Below the pieces are notes generated by a model. It saw nothing but the letters and a program-made list of their open reading frames with translations, made no database searches and had not been told where the DNA came from. 64,000 nucleotides of DNA from positions 2,480,001 to 2,544,000 of the forward strand of contig BQFW01000001.1 in NCBI GenBank assembly GCA_020891255.1, in the 5' to 3' direction. Source of the DNA: Entomortierella parvispora E1425. Lineage: Eukaryota; Fungi; Mortierellomycota. Numbering within the stretch: the stretch's first letter is position 1; every line of letters starts with the position of its first letter. Below are positions 38,806 to 51,796 of this stretch, one piece after another. Position numbers and translations under genes: made by a program.

Positions 38806-40276
38806 ATTGACACATCACCACACTCATCCCCTTTTTTTACAACTTGCACTCACAAAAAAATAAAAAAAACGGCCCATTGAACAAATCGGATCGATTGGAC
38901 TGCCAGTGAAAAAATGTATGGTTAATGCAGAGTTGAGAGAGATAGAGAGAGAGAGCAATTCTGGACTTTCTATCTCTCACTGTCCATGCAGCTTCGCCCA
39001 ATTTGCCGCCCACAGGGGGAAAGGACAATAAAGAGCAATGGCGGTGAAAAATGAACAAACACAGCAGCCAAAGGCGGGTGAATATCTCCAATTGGTCTCT
39101 TTGGTGGCAAAAATGGCCGCTGTGTTGGCCTTGTGTGTAGGGTATCTGGAGCAGGGCGGAGAGAAGCAAAGAGAAGACAAGATGACGGGGTACCAAATTG
39201 ATACCCCGATGCAATTACGTCGTGGAAGTGGCAAGGTATCACTTTTTTTTGGTCTGGGACTGTCTGGGACTGCTGTGAATGGCTGAAAGGGGAGAAAAGA
39301 GAGAGAAGAGGCATTTCCGCGATAAGAGATATTTAATGTTTTTTTGGGTTCATATGGTAGATAGGACTAATGACGATCATGACGGAGAGAGGCATTTCGT
39401 TAGCGTGGTTCGATGGCGCGAGAAAGAGTGGGGAGAGGGGGCAGAAAGCTGCTAAATAAACTAGGGGGATGTTGCGCCTAAATCCTTCGTTGTAAAAGGC
39501 GAGATAAAGGCATGCAGAGGAGGGACAAAGAAAGAAAGAAAGAAAAAGAGAGAGAGACAAGAACAATCCCACTTTCACATGGAGAGGGCGAGTGTGGAAA
39601 CCGCACTTGTCTTTCAGGTCCCACTTCTGGAGGATCGGATGCAAACAAATAAAAAAAACACACTCCAATCGTCGGTTCTGTCAGTCAGGTATGATTCATC
39701 CGGGGGGATTCTTTTTTTATTCATGGAAGCACGCAGGACGATCAAGGTGCGTCAGAGTGTGGGTGATGTGGGGTGACAGCCAGGCCAGGAAAAAAGGAGC
39801 AGCAATGGAACTCGGGCCAGGAAGTGTCGTCATCAAAGACCTTAGAGGAGAGAGTGGAGCACAGCCATCGCCCCTTTCTCCGCTTTGTTCCCTGTCCAAG
39901 AGTGACAGAAGATAAGACAAAACAAGTTTTTTTGACTTTTGGTCCGTGTCCCTCAAAGAGAACAACCAGAGACCTTGTTGGTGCAACAGGCCCAGAGGTG
40001 GTTGAATTGGAAACAGTACTGTTTGTACTGTATGTAGCAAGTGGTGGATGACCAGGGTCCCCACACTCTGCGGGTACCCATGGTCCAGCTCTTTATCTCT
40101 CATTTCACGGGGTGCTTTCCCGCCCTGTACCGACTTTGAGATAAAAAGAGGGAATAAAAGAAAACTTTTTTCTGTTTCTCATTCATCCTTCTTTCTCTGC
40201 TCTCTCACCCGCAGATCTTCAGTCTCGACAACAACTACCTTCTCTTTCTATATACTCTATATACTCTATACACATC

Positions 40277-41305
40277 ATGGCCGTCAAATCAAGACTCGCA
40301 TTCATCGGTGGCGGTAATATGGCCGAGGCCATCCTCGGTGGTCTCCTCGCCTCTGGCTACCCTCTCTCGCAGTGCGTCGTCTCGGAACCGATGCAAGCCC
40401 GCTGTGAATTCCTGTACAAAAAATACCCTGGTCTCCAAGTCCTCTCCGGCCCCGAAGCCAACCTCCTCGCCGTCAATGGATCAAAATCATCATCAGCGTC
40501 ATCATCACCATCATCAGCAGGATCAACCACCTCTGTCCAGACCATGATCTCGGAGGGATCGATTCATGTCAACCCCACAGCAGCCTCGTTGGACTACCCT
40601 GAGGCCGAGGTCGTGATCTTGGCCGTAAAACCCCAAGTCCTTCGCTCTGTCGTCTCCCATCTCGGACCCGTCCTTCGCACGAAGCAACCTCTTGTGATCT
40701 CGATCGCTGCCGGCATTGAGACCCATGCGATCGCTCGCTTCATGGCCGAGGGCTCCAACTTTCTGCCTTCAGAATTGCCTCCCGTGATCCGCGTCATGCC
40801 CAATACCCCTTCCTTGGTCTTGGAGGGCGCCGCAGGAATGTACGCCACCACTGATGCCACCGAGAGCCAACGGAACATTGCAGAGTCCTTGCTGCGCTCC
40901 GTCTCGCCCGAAGTGGCCTGGGTGGAAAGAGAGAGCCTGATCGACACTGTGACGGGCATTTCCGGTTCCGGTCCGGCTTATTTCTTCTTGATGATGGAGG
41001 CCATGGAGGACGCTGGCGTCCAGCTGGGCATGGACCGTGAGACGGCTCGGCAGTTGACCATCCAGACCTGCTTGGGAGCTGCCAAGATGGCCCAGGATGC
41101 CACCAAGGTCGAGGGCGGCGACACGCTCAAGACGTTGAGGGAAAAGGTCACCAGCCCCAAGGGCACCACCGACGCCGCTATCAGAACCTTTGAGGCCGGT
41201 GGATTGAGAGACTTGGTCTTCAAGAGTGTCGCTGCTGCCGATGCCAGGAGTAAATCCTTGGCCGCCGAACTTGGAGGAGTGTCTACACCCGCTACAAAGT
41301 TGTAA
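40277..41305 (+). CDS. PRO3: Pyrroline-5-carboxylate reductase, intronless
   Basis: AFIGGGNMA (Rossmann fold), VILAVKPQ, ISIAAGI, IRVMPNTP, SGSGPAY, LREKVTSPKGTT. Confidence 0.96.
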   Translation: MAVKSRLAFIGGGNMAEAILGGLLASGYPLSQCVVSEPMQARCEFLYKKYPGLQVLSGPEANLLAVNGSKSSSASSSPSSAGSTTSVQTMISEGSIHVNPTAASLDYPEAEVVILAVKPQVLRSVVSHLGPVLRTKQPLVISIAAGIETHAIARFMAEGSNFLPSELPPVIRVMPNTPSLVLEGAAGMYATTDATESQRNIAESLLRSVSPEVAWVERESLIDTVTGISGSGPAYFFLMMEAMEDAGVQLGMDRETARQLTIQTCLGAAKMAQDATKVEGGDTLKTLREKVTSPKGTTDAAIRTFEAGGLRDLVFKSVAAADARSKSLAAELGGVSTPATKL

Positions 41306-41798
41306 ATAGCTTTTTCCTACCCCCTAGGGCATCATGGCAATGTTCACTAAAAAAAACCCGCCACTGTAATATAAAACATTTTCTTTTTCATATCTTCCCC
41401 CACATGCAATGAAGCGTACAAGTGCATTTAGTTGGGGTTTCGCTCGCACTCGTGCCTGTCGTCCATGGTTATTGCCTAAACAGTGCGGAGGAGGAGGGGC
41501 AATTGTCCCCCGGTCCTCGCGCCCTTACCTCACCTAGAACAGTGTTGTCCATCTGCGCGCGTGCCCTAGGAACAGTTGAATGTTGCACACACGTGTACGT
41601 TGTCATGGTCCGTTTCTATTTATTTATTTTTTTTGTTCAAAGAAAAAAGCACAGCTTTATTTTCTTCAAAGAATGCCAGAAAAAAAAACGAGTTCACTTT
41701 TTTATGATATTCTACTACTCTTGATGCCAAAAGAAACAAAATCTGATCCACGGAGAGAGAAAGGGAGAGAGAAACAGTCAAAGTCGACTGTTTTTTTT

Positions 41799-43470
41799 CT
41801 AGTGCTTGCGAGTGTTGAGGGTAATCTCGCTCTTGATGGGGCCGGTACCACGGTCGTGGGAGCGACCGTCACCGGGGAAGGTCTTGCCCTGCTTGACACC
41901 CTTAAAGTCATACACCTGCATCTTCTTGGTGGGCAACTTTCCGTTCTTGACACCCTTGATGGTCACATCAGCACAGCTGAATTGGGAAAGAGGGAAATGA
42001 AAGAAGGCAAGGAACAAGGTGTGATTAGCTAAAGTAGGCAAGAGAGGTGGGGGCGAGAGGGCGCAAACAGAAACGCCCCTCCGACCCGATGGAGCATGGA
42101 AGGGTGGGATAATAATAAACGAATTAGAGAGCGACCGACTTACTTGTGGTAGAACTGGGGCACGAGGTTGGCAGTCCAGGACCAGGAGAAGAGGCATTTG
42201 CCTGGGTTGGGATGAAAAAAAAAAAAAAAAAAAAAATAGCAAGAATAGAATATCGTTAATTGTCGAGCCCTCTTTTGTTCTTTTTGAATGGGCAACCCTT
42301 CCCAGGGGAACCAACCAAATCCCGCATTTGCATCTTTGGCTGTTCCCGAGGCAGCAACGTTTTCGAAAAAAAGTCGAGCAGAGAGCCCTCTTTTTTTTTC
42401 TTTTCGGTGTGTGGCTCTCTTTGTTTGTGCGCCCTGCACTGCTCGAATGAAAAGTGCTGTTCTTGTCGTGTGGAGAGCAGAGAGAGGAGGAAGGGGGAAA
42501 GAATGTGACACCTAGAGTCTCGTGTTGTTGTTGTTGTTGTTGTACTGTTGTTGTCCTGTTGTTGTCCTGTTGTTGTCCTGTTGTTGCGCGTGCAAGGCTG
42601 AGAGCAGGGGAGCCAGAGAGCGGGCGAGAGGGAAAAGGATGGGGTGGAAGGAAGGAAAGATGGAGACACTTACCAGGGCTGTTGCAAGAGGGAACGTTGT
42701 CAGGGATTCTGATGGGCCACTCGTAGTAAGCATCAGGGCAGGTCTTGGTGTAGGATCCAATGACATGGAAAGTCTTTCCGCCATCGTACGACAAGGAGAA
42801 CTCGCACATGCCACCGCCATGACGCGCCTCGCTGATCTTTTTCGTGGGCAACGAGTGCGTGTTGGTCAATTCGGGGGTCCAGAAACGAACGGGGACGACC
42901 TGGCCGGCCTTCAAGTCTGAAGTAATGGAAAAAGATCAAGAAAAAAACGTGTGAGAATAGACGCTCAAATAAAAACAACATGGCACGATAGTGTTAGAGA
43001 AGCTCAAAGTGAATGACACGATGGACGATCCGTGGTGTGTTTCCGCTAGAGAATTTGCAAGGGCAGAGGAGGAGGAGGAAGAGGAGGAGGTGGAGAAAAA
43101 AAGAGAGAGGGGGAAAAAAAAGAGGAAAGACGAAGAAGGGGAAGGGGAAGGGGGAAGGAGGAGGCTCGCGTGCAACATCGCGCTAAGATGTCGATGGAGA
43201 AATGAATGCAAGAGAAAAAAAATATACGGTGGCATCGTCAAGGTGAGTTGAATTACTGGTGTTGGGTCCCTTGGGGTATCCGCCGCAAGGGAACTTGAGG
43301 CCCTTGTAGCCGATGAAGGTGTGAATACGCCAGTCAAAGGCCTTGGTTCCGAATCCTCCACGGGGGGTGGGGTAGAGCATGGCCATGTGGGCCTCAGACT
43401 CCTTGGTCAAGAGAGAAAGGATGAGGAGACCGAGGCAGACGAGCCAAGAGGTTTTCATGGTGGTAGACAT
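41799..43470 (-). CDS. Secreted lytic polysaccharide monooxygenase, AA11-like, 3 introns
   Basis: The signal peptide ends SEA followed by His1 (HMAMLYPTPR). FPCGG, ARHGGGMCEFSLSYDGG, CP, CLFSWSW and QFYHNCADV give the His-His-Tyr copper-site pattern. Confidence 0.82.
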
Positions 43471-44968
43471 TTTGAGTAATTTGGGATGCAGGGGAAAGGA
43501 GGAGGAAGGGGAGGAGGGATGAAGTGAGTAAGGTGAAAGGGTAGGAGATCGGCAGAGGGTACCGGGGAATGAGGCGTGATGGAGATTGACAAAGAAAAGA
43601 GAAGCGAACCAGAAGATAGAAAAAGAGAAAAAAGAACTGGTTCCGGTTGGGCAGGATGGCTCTTATTTATATTTCTTGCCCTTGCCTTGGGTAGGATAAA
43701 GACAGAGTCCCTTCCTCATGGAGGAACCCATCTCCTTGCGAGAGTGAGAGTAGAGGATCGCGGTTTAGATGTGTTTGATTAAATTTCACCGAGAGAAAAA
43801 AGAGCCAGGTAGGGCAGGGGTGGAGATGAAGAGAGAGTTGGGAATAGAATGGAGGGCCATGCCGGGGCCAAGACGGAAACGCCTGAACAAAAAGGACTGA
43901 AATGGTTAGGTCTCATATTGCCGATCATCAGATGTCCTCGTCTTTCCTCTACGGAATGCAGCGTTGACGCCTTCGTCTCTGCTCACTCCAGTGGCGGTCC
44001 ATTCAAATGGTATTAACTTTCTGGGGGCTCAATTGCTCCTCCATCTTGACTGTTTTTGTTTTACATCCAATTCATCAACCTGTTCCCCTTCGTGCTTTCA
44101 GAAGAGGAGGTGCAAAAGAGAAAACGATAACTCAGCAGAGGGGTGTCCGCCCATCTGCTGTTGCCCATGTCCTCACGCCAACATCTCGATTTTAGGTTTC
44201 TGCTCAAATCCCCGGCGTTTGCTGAGCAAAAAAAAATGAAATCTTGGGCTGCAAACCCGACATCGAACCCTGATCCAGACCGCTTTTAGTGCCTCTTTGT
44301 CTTTCCACGAGCGGTTACATTCCAGGAGAGGTACTGTTACCTCGGACTGTGGCATGTACAAATGGCTCTTTGGAGTGGTAAGGTTTTGTTTGAAATGCGA
44401 GAGTGTTGAGGCAAACAAAAATGAAGACAGGGTGGATGCGTCTGCTGGACACGACAGTGGCCGCGCACCACCCTTCTAAAGATATTTATAAGTCCCCAAT
44501 TTATCATCATGCATTTTCTTTTGAACATTCTTTTCTTTTTTAATAGTAGTGATGGAATTGGAGACAAAAAGTGGGGAGGTGAGAAGGGAGCACTATGTTT
44601 TAAAGGCAGGAAACCCACCCAAGAGGGGGTTTTTTTTCGTTTTTCTTTTTCGGTTTCGTTTCCCATCGGAGGAGATTAATAGAGAAGTGGAAGAGGAGTG
44701 TCCGATGGGTATATCAACAAAACAAACGGAAACAAGAGAAAGAAGAACTCGAAAAAAAAGTGGATTTAATCCCCCTCTTGGTTTTCGGGGGGTTTTCCCT
44801 TCGAACCAAACCACAAATTAGATAGACACTCTGGAAAGGGGGGAACAAAAATATTGTGATGAACATAAATATACGTATTTACAAAAAGAGGTTCCTTCCT
44901 TGTCGCCCTTTTCAAGATCGAGTCTCAAGAAGGCGAAGGGCAGAGGAACTGAAAAGAAAGGAATCCAT

Positions 44969-46180
44969 TTAGCGAGGAAGAACATTGGTGGTCGTGTTGG
45001 TAGTCGTGACATCGTTGGGACCGTAGTTGTTGTTGGCATAGGTGGCGTTCGCGTTCGCGTTGGCGTTGACGTTCGCGTTGACGTTGGCGTTGTTGTTGGC
45101 ATAGTTCACGTTGTGAACATCACCACCGCTGACGGCAGCCTGGGCACGGAGGTACTGAGCCTGGTTCTCGGCATCGATACCGGCCGAGTACTGGTCATAG
45201 TCCAAGAAGCGGAAGAGGATGTGAAGGGCAGCTGCCAAGATGGCACCCCCAAAGGGTCTATTTCAGAACAAGAAAAAAAAAGAGAGACACCGTGTTAAAT
45301 GACAAGAATGTGGGGACTGAGACATTAAAAAAAAAAAACGCGTCGCGCAATTTTTTTTTTTTTTTGGTACCACCATCGCAACATTCCAATTAGCCCTCAC
45401 TCTGTTCGTTGGAGGGGAGAAGAAAGGAGCACAGGCTTACCCGAACCAGAAGATCCAGTGCTCGCGAGAGAAGCTACGAGCCACAACGGAGGTGGCGAAG
45501 GCGCGAGCAGGGTTGATGGAGGCGTTGGTGTAACGGGTGGCGAACAAGTAGCAGGAGAAGAGGGCCAAACCGTAAGGAAGAGCAGCCATGAAGGTGGAGC
45601 GGTTCTTCTCATGGACAATCATGTGGTAGACAAAGCACAAGATCGAGGTCAAGAAGAACTCGAGGAAGAAACCACGGGCAATGCTCTCGTTGTTTCTCTA
45701 GAAAGACGGAACAGTAGTGAAACAGAATATGCATTAGTTGACCACGTCTACATTGCATCTCAATTCAAATCTCTGAAGGGCAAAAAGAGGGTGCATGCCT
45801 GGACTTACAAGCTCGTTGATCTGGCCAATGCTCCCGCTGGAGGGAGTGGTTCCACGAACCAATGCGACACCCAACATGGCACCCAAAATCTGGGCAATAA
45901 AGTACAAGACGGCCTTGGGGACGGTGATGTGGCCAGTGATCAAGGATGACAATGTGATGGCGGGGTTGAAGTGAGCTCCGGAAATACGGAAGAAAGCCCA
46001 GGCAGTGACAACCAAGGCAACTCCGAAAGCGAATGCGACTCCGAGAGAGCTAGAGTCCTCAGTGACACCACCGTAGACAGCGTCGGCACCTCCGATGGCC
46101 AAGTACAAGAACATGGCCGTGCCCAAAAACTCGGCGAGAGCTTGAACACCCCAGCCCTTGGCACTGGATTTTGCGTCCAT
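44969..46180 (-). CDS. Aquaporin (MIP family), 2 introns, Asn-rich C-terminal tail
   Basis: LAEFLGT, ISGAHFNPAITL, FFLEFFLT, ASINPARAF, HWIFWFGP. Exons 45809-46180, about 45440-45697 and 44969-45257. Confidence 0.95.
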
Positions 46181-46894
46181 TGTGTACTAGTTAGATTAAG
46201 AGGATGACAAGTGGTATGAGGAGGGTTGTAATGTAGATCTTGAGGACAGGGAAAGTGGTAAGGATGAGAAAACAAGAGAACAGGAAGCGCGAGGAGACGT
46301 GGGTGGCCTTTATATGAGGACATGTCTCTTCCCAGGCGAGTAGAAAGAACGTTGTCTCAATTTTTTTTTTCCCAAGCCGCATGAAAAAAATCTGTGGAAC
46401 GCGTCTCAATGGGGTATTTTTACCAGTGTCTTGTTGTTCTGGCTTCAATGCATCAACGGTTTCTCGTCGTTGCAAGCCATAGTCTTGTTTCGTTTTTTCA
46501 CGGGCGAAAAAATTGTAGTCTGCGCTTCGCGTTTGATCCTTTCCGATTGGCCGGAAAACTAGGTCTCATCGCCTGGACGCGCTCTTCCGGCGCAGCACGG
46601 GGTGCTTCCTTTGATTGCTCAAACTCATTACGACATCCTACCAAGCTGGCAGACTGGTCAAGGTGAAGGCGACGAATGTCAAAAGTGCGCCCTGTCTTCC
46701 CATCAATCCCAGGGTTGACTCTCCGCATCTATCAGGCATTTCGTCATGCCCTTCATCGGTCAATTGAACATTGAACATACGGCAAAACATCTCGAGAATA
46801 TCCGTGAATATTTACAGTGAACAGAAGAATTATATTTACAAGAGGGTAGTATGATTAGGGTACTAGAGTAATGAGAAAATACCATCGCAGGGGA

Positions 46895-48889
46895 TTATCC
46901 CTGCATTGTCTGCGAGTAGCCTTGGTGCATCCATTGCTGCTGCTGCTGCTGTTGTTGTTGTTGCTGCTGCTGTTGTTGATCAGACTGCGACAACATCATT
47001 CCATCCATGGTAACATCATTTGTGACAGAACCCATCAAAGAGCTGATTGAGATTGGAGAGCTGTTTCCATTCAACATGGGCATCTCTGTTGTGACGCCAC
47101 TCATCGAGTTATCCATCATGAATCCATTGGCGGTCGAGGTGGACGTGCTTGTGTTTCCCGCCGCTGCCGCAACAGACATGGCATTCAAGGTTGCTTCGGC
47201 TTCCTCGGCAGTTGGCTCCTCAAACAAGTCTTCGGCGATCCACACAAAGTCCTCGCCCAAGACGTCGGCGTCCATGGTGAAATCTTGGAAGATGTCAGCG
47301 TCACTAGATGCAGGGTTTTTCAAGGTGACAGGGGGCACCGCATAGTAGAATCCGACTTCGTTTCCATCCTCATTTGTTGTTGTAATCACCAGTGGAGGCG
47401 GCTGCTGCTGCTGTTGTTGCCCATCCATCATCAAATTGCCGTTCACATCCATGGATCCCATCATGGGCGAAGTTGAAGTGGCAACACTTGTGCGCGAGGC
47501 CTGTTGTGGTGTGGAAGATACGTTCAGTGTTTCCTGGAAGAGTGAGGGCAAATTCTGATGACTCGAGTTTCCAAAGTTCATATCAATTCCGAACGAGAGC
47601 TGCAGTGGGCTGGGAGGGCTATGGTGTGTTGGACTATGTCCTGTGGGGCTGGGCTGCAACAACGGGCTCGTGCTGCGATGGCCGGTTTGGATTTGCAATT
47701 GAGGCTGTTGGTATGGGTGCAAAGACTGGTTCGAGTAGAGACCGCCCATCTGATTTAGAGTCGGGACAGCGGGTGTCAAAGAGGCAGTTGGTGAGATCAG
47801 AGTTTCAGACTGGCGATGATGCTGGTAGTTCAAGGCGTCAATAGGACTAAGAGAGTTTGGACTGAGAGGGATGTCCATCGTGGTTTCGATATGACTCTGG
47901 CCACTTTGCTGCCGAGCACGATCTCTGGAAAGGTTTCTTTTGTGGGTGTGAGTCGACGATCCATGGTTGTTGTGCTGCTGCTGTTGTTGTTGCTGTTGAC
48001 TTTGGCTCTGATGAGCGTCGATCAATGCCATGATCCTAAACTTTTGAGGGCCTTGAGTGGGCGATATCGCAGACTTGTCCACCCCAGTCGAATCTTTGCT
48101 CTTGCCATCGTCCATCTCGAAAGTCCGCTTTGATCCGTGCGTGGGCGAGCCATTTGTTGTCTATTGGAACAATCGGTGAGAACCACTGTGAGCTTATCAA
48201 GTTGTTTTGAGTCAACAACGAGAGAAGGGCATTATCGCGTGCAGCATAACTTACAGGTGTGGTCGTCACTGTCGTGGTCGCCGTTGTCAACTCGTCCCGG
48301 CCTTCGTGTTTCTGCACCGACAACTGATCCTGCTGCTCCTCGGTCAGTTCGAGCATCTAAGAATCGTTCAAAAGGGTAAACACAAAGAGGATATGTCAGA
48401 TCTAAAGATCTCAGGGGCTGCCCGGCAGTTCCCACGATGATTCCAGAGTCCTGTGCAACTTACATCCTGAGCCAGGAACGACTTGATCCGATTGTTGTAG
48501 ACAAGCAGATTGGGCTGCTTATTGATGTATTCAACCAGGGCCACGTCCAATTCCGAGTCCATGTCGCAGACAATTGGGATCTCGATTGTCTTGAACTTGA
48601 TTTCCTTCTTGCGACCTCCTCCCATGGCCTGGATCACCTTGGCTCGGCACTGATGTCTGCCGACACAGTCAGCGATATGGTACAGATGGACCGTGGGTGT
48701 GAAGGTGCAAGGACGACCGTCCTTGGCGCAGCGTTTGCATTTGTCGCCCGTTTCTCCAGCAGAGCCCCGGACCTTGTCGCAGGTCTTGCGGTTGAGGAAA
48801 CAATGATCACAGGATTTGCGGTTGATGGCTGCGGTACTTGCAAGACTGACGGAGGCGTCCGCCTTGAACTCGAATGTTTGCATGGGCAT
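46895..48889 (-). CDS. Zn(II)2Cys6 binuclear-cluster transcription factor with low-complexity Q/S/M-rich C-terminus
   Basis: RKSCDHCFLNRKTCDKVRGSAGETGDKCKRCAKDGRPC fits C-x2-C-x6-C-x13-C-x2-C-x6-C. Two GTAAGT introns link it to the 406-codon ORF at 46895-48115. Confidence 0.88.
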
Positions 48890-49245
48890 GAATGAGGTCA
48901 AGCGTAATGACTGGTTTTCGTTGTTTGCTAAAGGTGAGAAAGAGAGAAGGGGAGAAGAGGAGAGAAGAGGAGAGACGAGGAAAGAAGACAGGGATGAAGA
49001 ATGAAGAGAAACGAAGAGAAGAGAAGAGAGAGGATGCCACGAGTGATGATGAGGGATGCAGAAACAAAAAGAGAGAACCCTTCGCTCGTCCCCGCGCCCT
49101 CTGGCGCCTTTTTAGCTTTTTTTTTTTTGCTTGCTTCTTTTTTGACACCTCTTGACAGGCTGCTTCGCCCCGTGTGGTGTGGTGTGTGGTGTGGGTGGGA
49201 GGGAGGGAAGTGGTGGGCCGTGTGATCTGTGTGTGATGTGATGGC

Positions 49246-49284
49246 AGTGTGCAAGTGTGCAAGTGTGCAAGTGTGCAAGTGTGC
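49246..49284. repeat. Tandem 8-bp repeat (GTGTGCAA)n, about 4-5 units
   Basis: gtgtgcaagtgtgcaagtgtgcaagtgtgcaagtgtgca, upstream of the Zn2Cys6 gene. Confidence 0.9.
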
Positions 49285-51796
49285 AGAGCCTGTAATGTGT
49301 GAGAAAACGGGACTGCTTTTGAAAGTCGACGGCAGCGCGCTTCCCGAAACGGCAAGCAATCCGACTTCAACACAACAGCCCAGCCGTGTGGACCCTCCAA
49401 TTGCCCTCATCTCGGCTCTCTTGTCCGCGCAGCGAAGAGTGCGTTCCGTTGTCCACCAGACTCGGAAATCCCTCACTCGCATCTGCGAACGGCCTTTGTG
49501 TCATCCAGCTCCCCATCTGGGAAGAAAGAGAGTTGGGGTCCTTGTTTTGTCTATATGCATGAACAGCTGCAACCAGGTAGGTCTTGATTCACCCTTTCTC
49601 CATCATGGATAAACGATCCCCGGTGAATGGTCTTGTGATCTAAGCAAAGAAGAAGACCACAGCAGACTAAAAAACACACCTGTCTCAAAATAAATAACTG
49701 CCGGTTTGCCTTTTAGACCTTCCTTCCTTCTTTCGTTCCGCGATATCTCCCCGGCTGTGCCTCGCATCTTTGCCACAGATGTCCTCGTGATCACCCATCT
49801 TTTCATTCTTTTGCTCGCATCACGACACGTTGCTGGAACAGTCAGGGTGGTGGTCCGTGATTGAGGTCTGCGCACTCAGATTGTATATCTCCTTGGGCAA
49901 TTGCCCGGGGAACAAAGTCATCGTCCGTTTTTTTTTGTGTCATCCATCCTATTCCATAAAGAACAGGATTTTTTTTTTTTGTTTTTTTTATTTCATTGAC
50001 TGGGCTTTGATCATAATATTACAAGATTGGTGAAGATGGCGAGTATGTACAGACTCAAGAAGAAGAGTTAAGATGGGTTGGTATGGTGGATGTAAATGCA
50101 AAAAAAGGTGGGGAGGGAATGAGGTAATAGTGAATGGATATGTAAAAAGGGGGAGGTATTCTCTCGACTCCTTTCGAGAAGGCGGATCAAGTGGAAGATG
50201 CGCCACAAACAAACAAAGATTGGGACGAGGGACGCTGCAAGCCATTAGGACCGTGCCTGAAGAGCTGCTCGGTACGCATGAAACTCGGTAGAGTACCGAC
50301 TCTGGTTCATGACCAAGGTCGCGAAACAGGTCACTACGGCCGTAGAGGTCGCGATCGCTGTCATCATACTGCGCGTCCCTGAGCGAATCACGGCCAAGCA
50401 ACTCATCAGAATGACAAAAAGGAGCAAAGGCGAAGTCTCGCGTCTATAAAAAAATAGAGCAGGGGTGGGAACAGAAAAAAGAGTTAGGAACGCTAGAAAG
50501 GACACCAGTGGTGCATGTTGACAAGCGGTGGCAGGGTGAGGTGAGGGTGGCGTGGCGTAACTGCTCTGTTGGTGCATGCCATGTCAAAGAAAAAAAATGC
50601 AGTGCTGCACAGGGGGTGGGTGCAAGGGGGATTCCCGCGCCGCACTGCACAAAGGCGTGGTGGCAGTGACGAGTGCGTCAACGGTCCATCCGCCTCCAGT
50701 GTCACACCAATGCTTCATGGCGCGTGCGGATCTTTGGCAATTGATTGGCCGAATCAACTCTAATCCTGAAGATAGCACGATCGAGCGAAGGAAGGGTTGG
50801 CATGCATGGGCATGCATCGCCGCCGTCTGCACAGTCGTGAAGTCATTCATACCTTGCAAGATGGCTTGGGATATAGACTTTGGATGCTGTCTGTTGCACA
50901 ACCACAAGGCCAATGAGGCATCCGAGCCAAAGACCCATGATAAAGCCGCGGAGTTGTTGCTTGGATCGAACTAAAGGAATGTAGGTAATCCCGAGGATAA
51001 CGACAGACCAAAGAAAAAGAAAAACGCGAGAGATAAAGATTGTTGAGCAGTTAGTACAAGTTGATCACGTTTGTATTCCCTTTCACATCCCTGTTATGTC
51101 ATGAACTTGTCATTCAGAATCCAAAGCACCGCAACAAAGAAGGGAGGGCGTCGAGCAACATCAAAAGAAAAGAAGGAAACAAAAAAAAAAAAAAAAGAGG
51201 TGGCAAACCCAAGAGGGTGTCCAAAAATAACAAAAAAATGTGTACCTGAACAAAGACACAACGATGAAAATAGACAAACTCAACGAAACAGTCGAGAAGA
51301 CCAACTGCGAACCCGACCCACACACGGCACTGCGACGCCAACCTGCGCACACTCCTTCGCGCCACGCCTGCATCCATGCAACCATCGTGGAAAAAAAGAG
51401 TACAGAGTCACAAGAAAGAAAGAAAAAGAACAAAGACGCCTGAGACAGGACAGGTAAACGACGTAAGGAAGACATGTTGCTATCGCCCCTGAAGACGCGG
51501 ATAAACGTGCTCCAGAACAGCTTAAACACACCATCCCAGGTTTGCGCCAACAACATCGAGGTTGAAAAAACACACTGAGCAGGCTGCAAAAGAGAGCACT
51601 GACCGCGAGTGAGGTGTTGAGGAAACAGAGATAGTCCGATCATCGCAAGGCCTTGTTGCTTTTCTGGACCCGAGTCCAGGCTGCAATGCAGTCTGAGCTC
51701 CGCCAATGGCATACAGGAAACACCCATAGAGGCACCTGCTTTGCACTGCAGCAGAGCATGAGGCTGTTGCCCTCCAAAGGCGTGTTCCTGCACATC

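Noticed and set aside
40277-41305. Intronless P5C reductase as a possible bacterial horizontal transfer
   Set aside because: The GGGNMA-type motif also occurs in fungal enzymes, codon usage matches the neighbours, and it has a Ser-rich eukaryote-style insertion. Lack of introns alone is insufficient.
42529-42584. (TTGTTGTCCTG)-like repeats in LPMO intron 2, making a 371-aa apparent ORF
   Set aside because: The long ORF is read-through of introns; the repeat is ordinary simple sequence.
50245-50385. Small ORF MMTAIATSTAVVTCFATLVMNQSRYSTEFHAYRAALQARS on -
   Set aside because: Plausible microprotein or uORF, but with no independent support.
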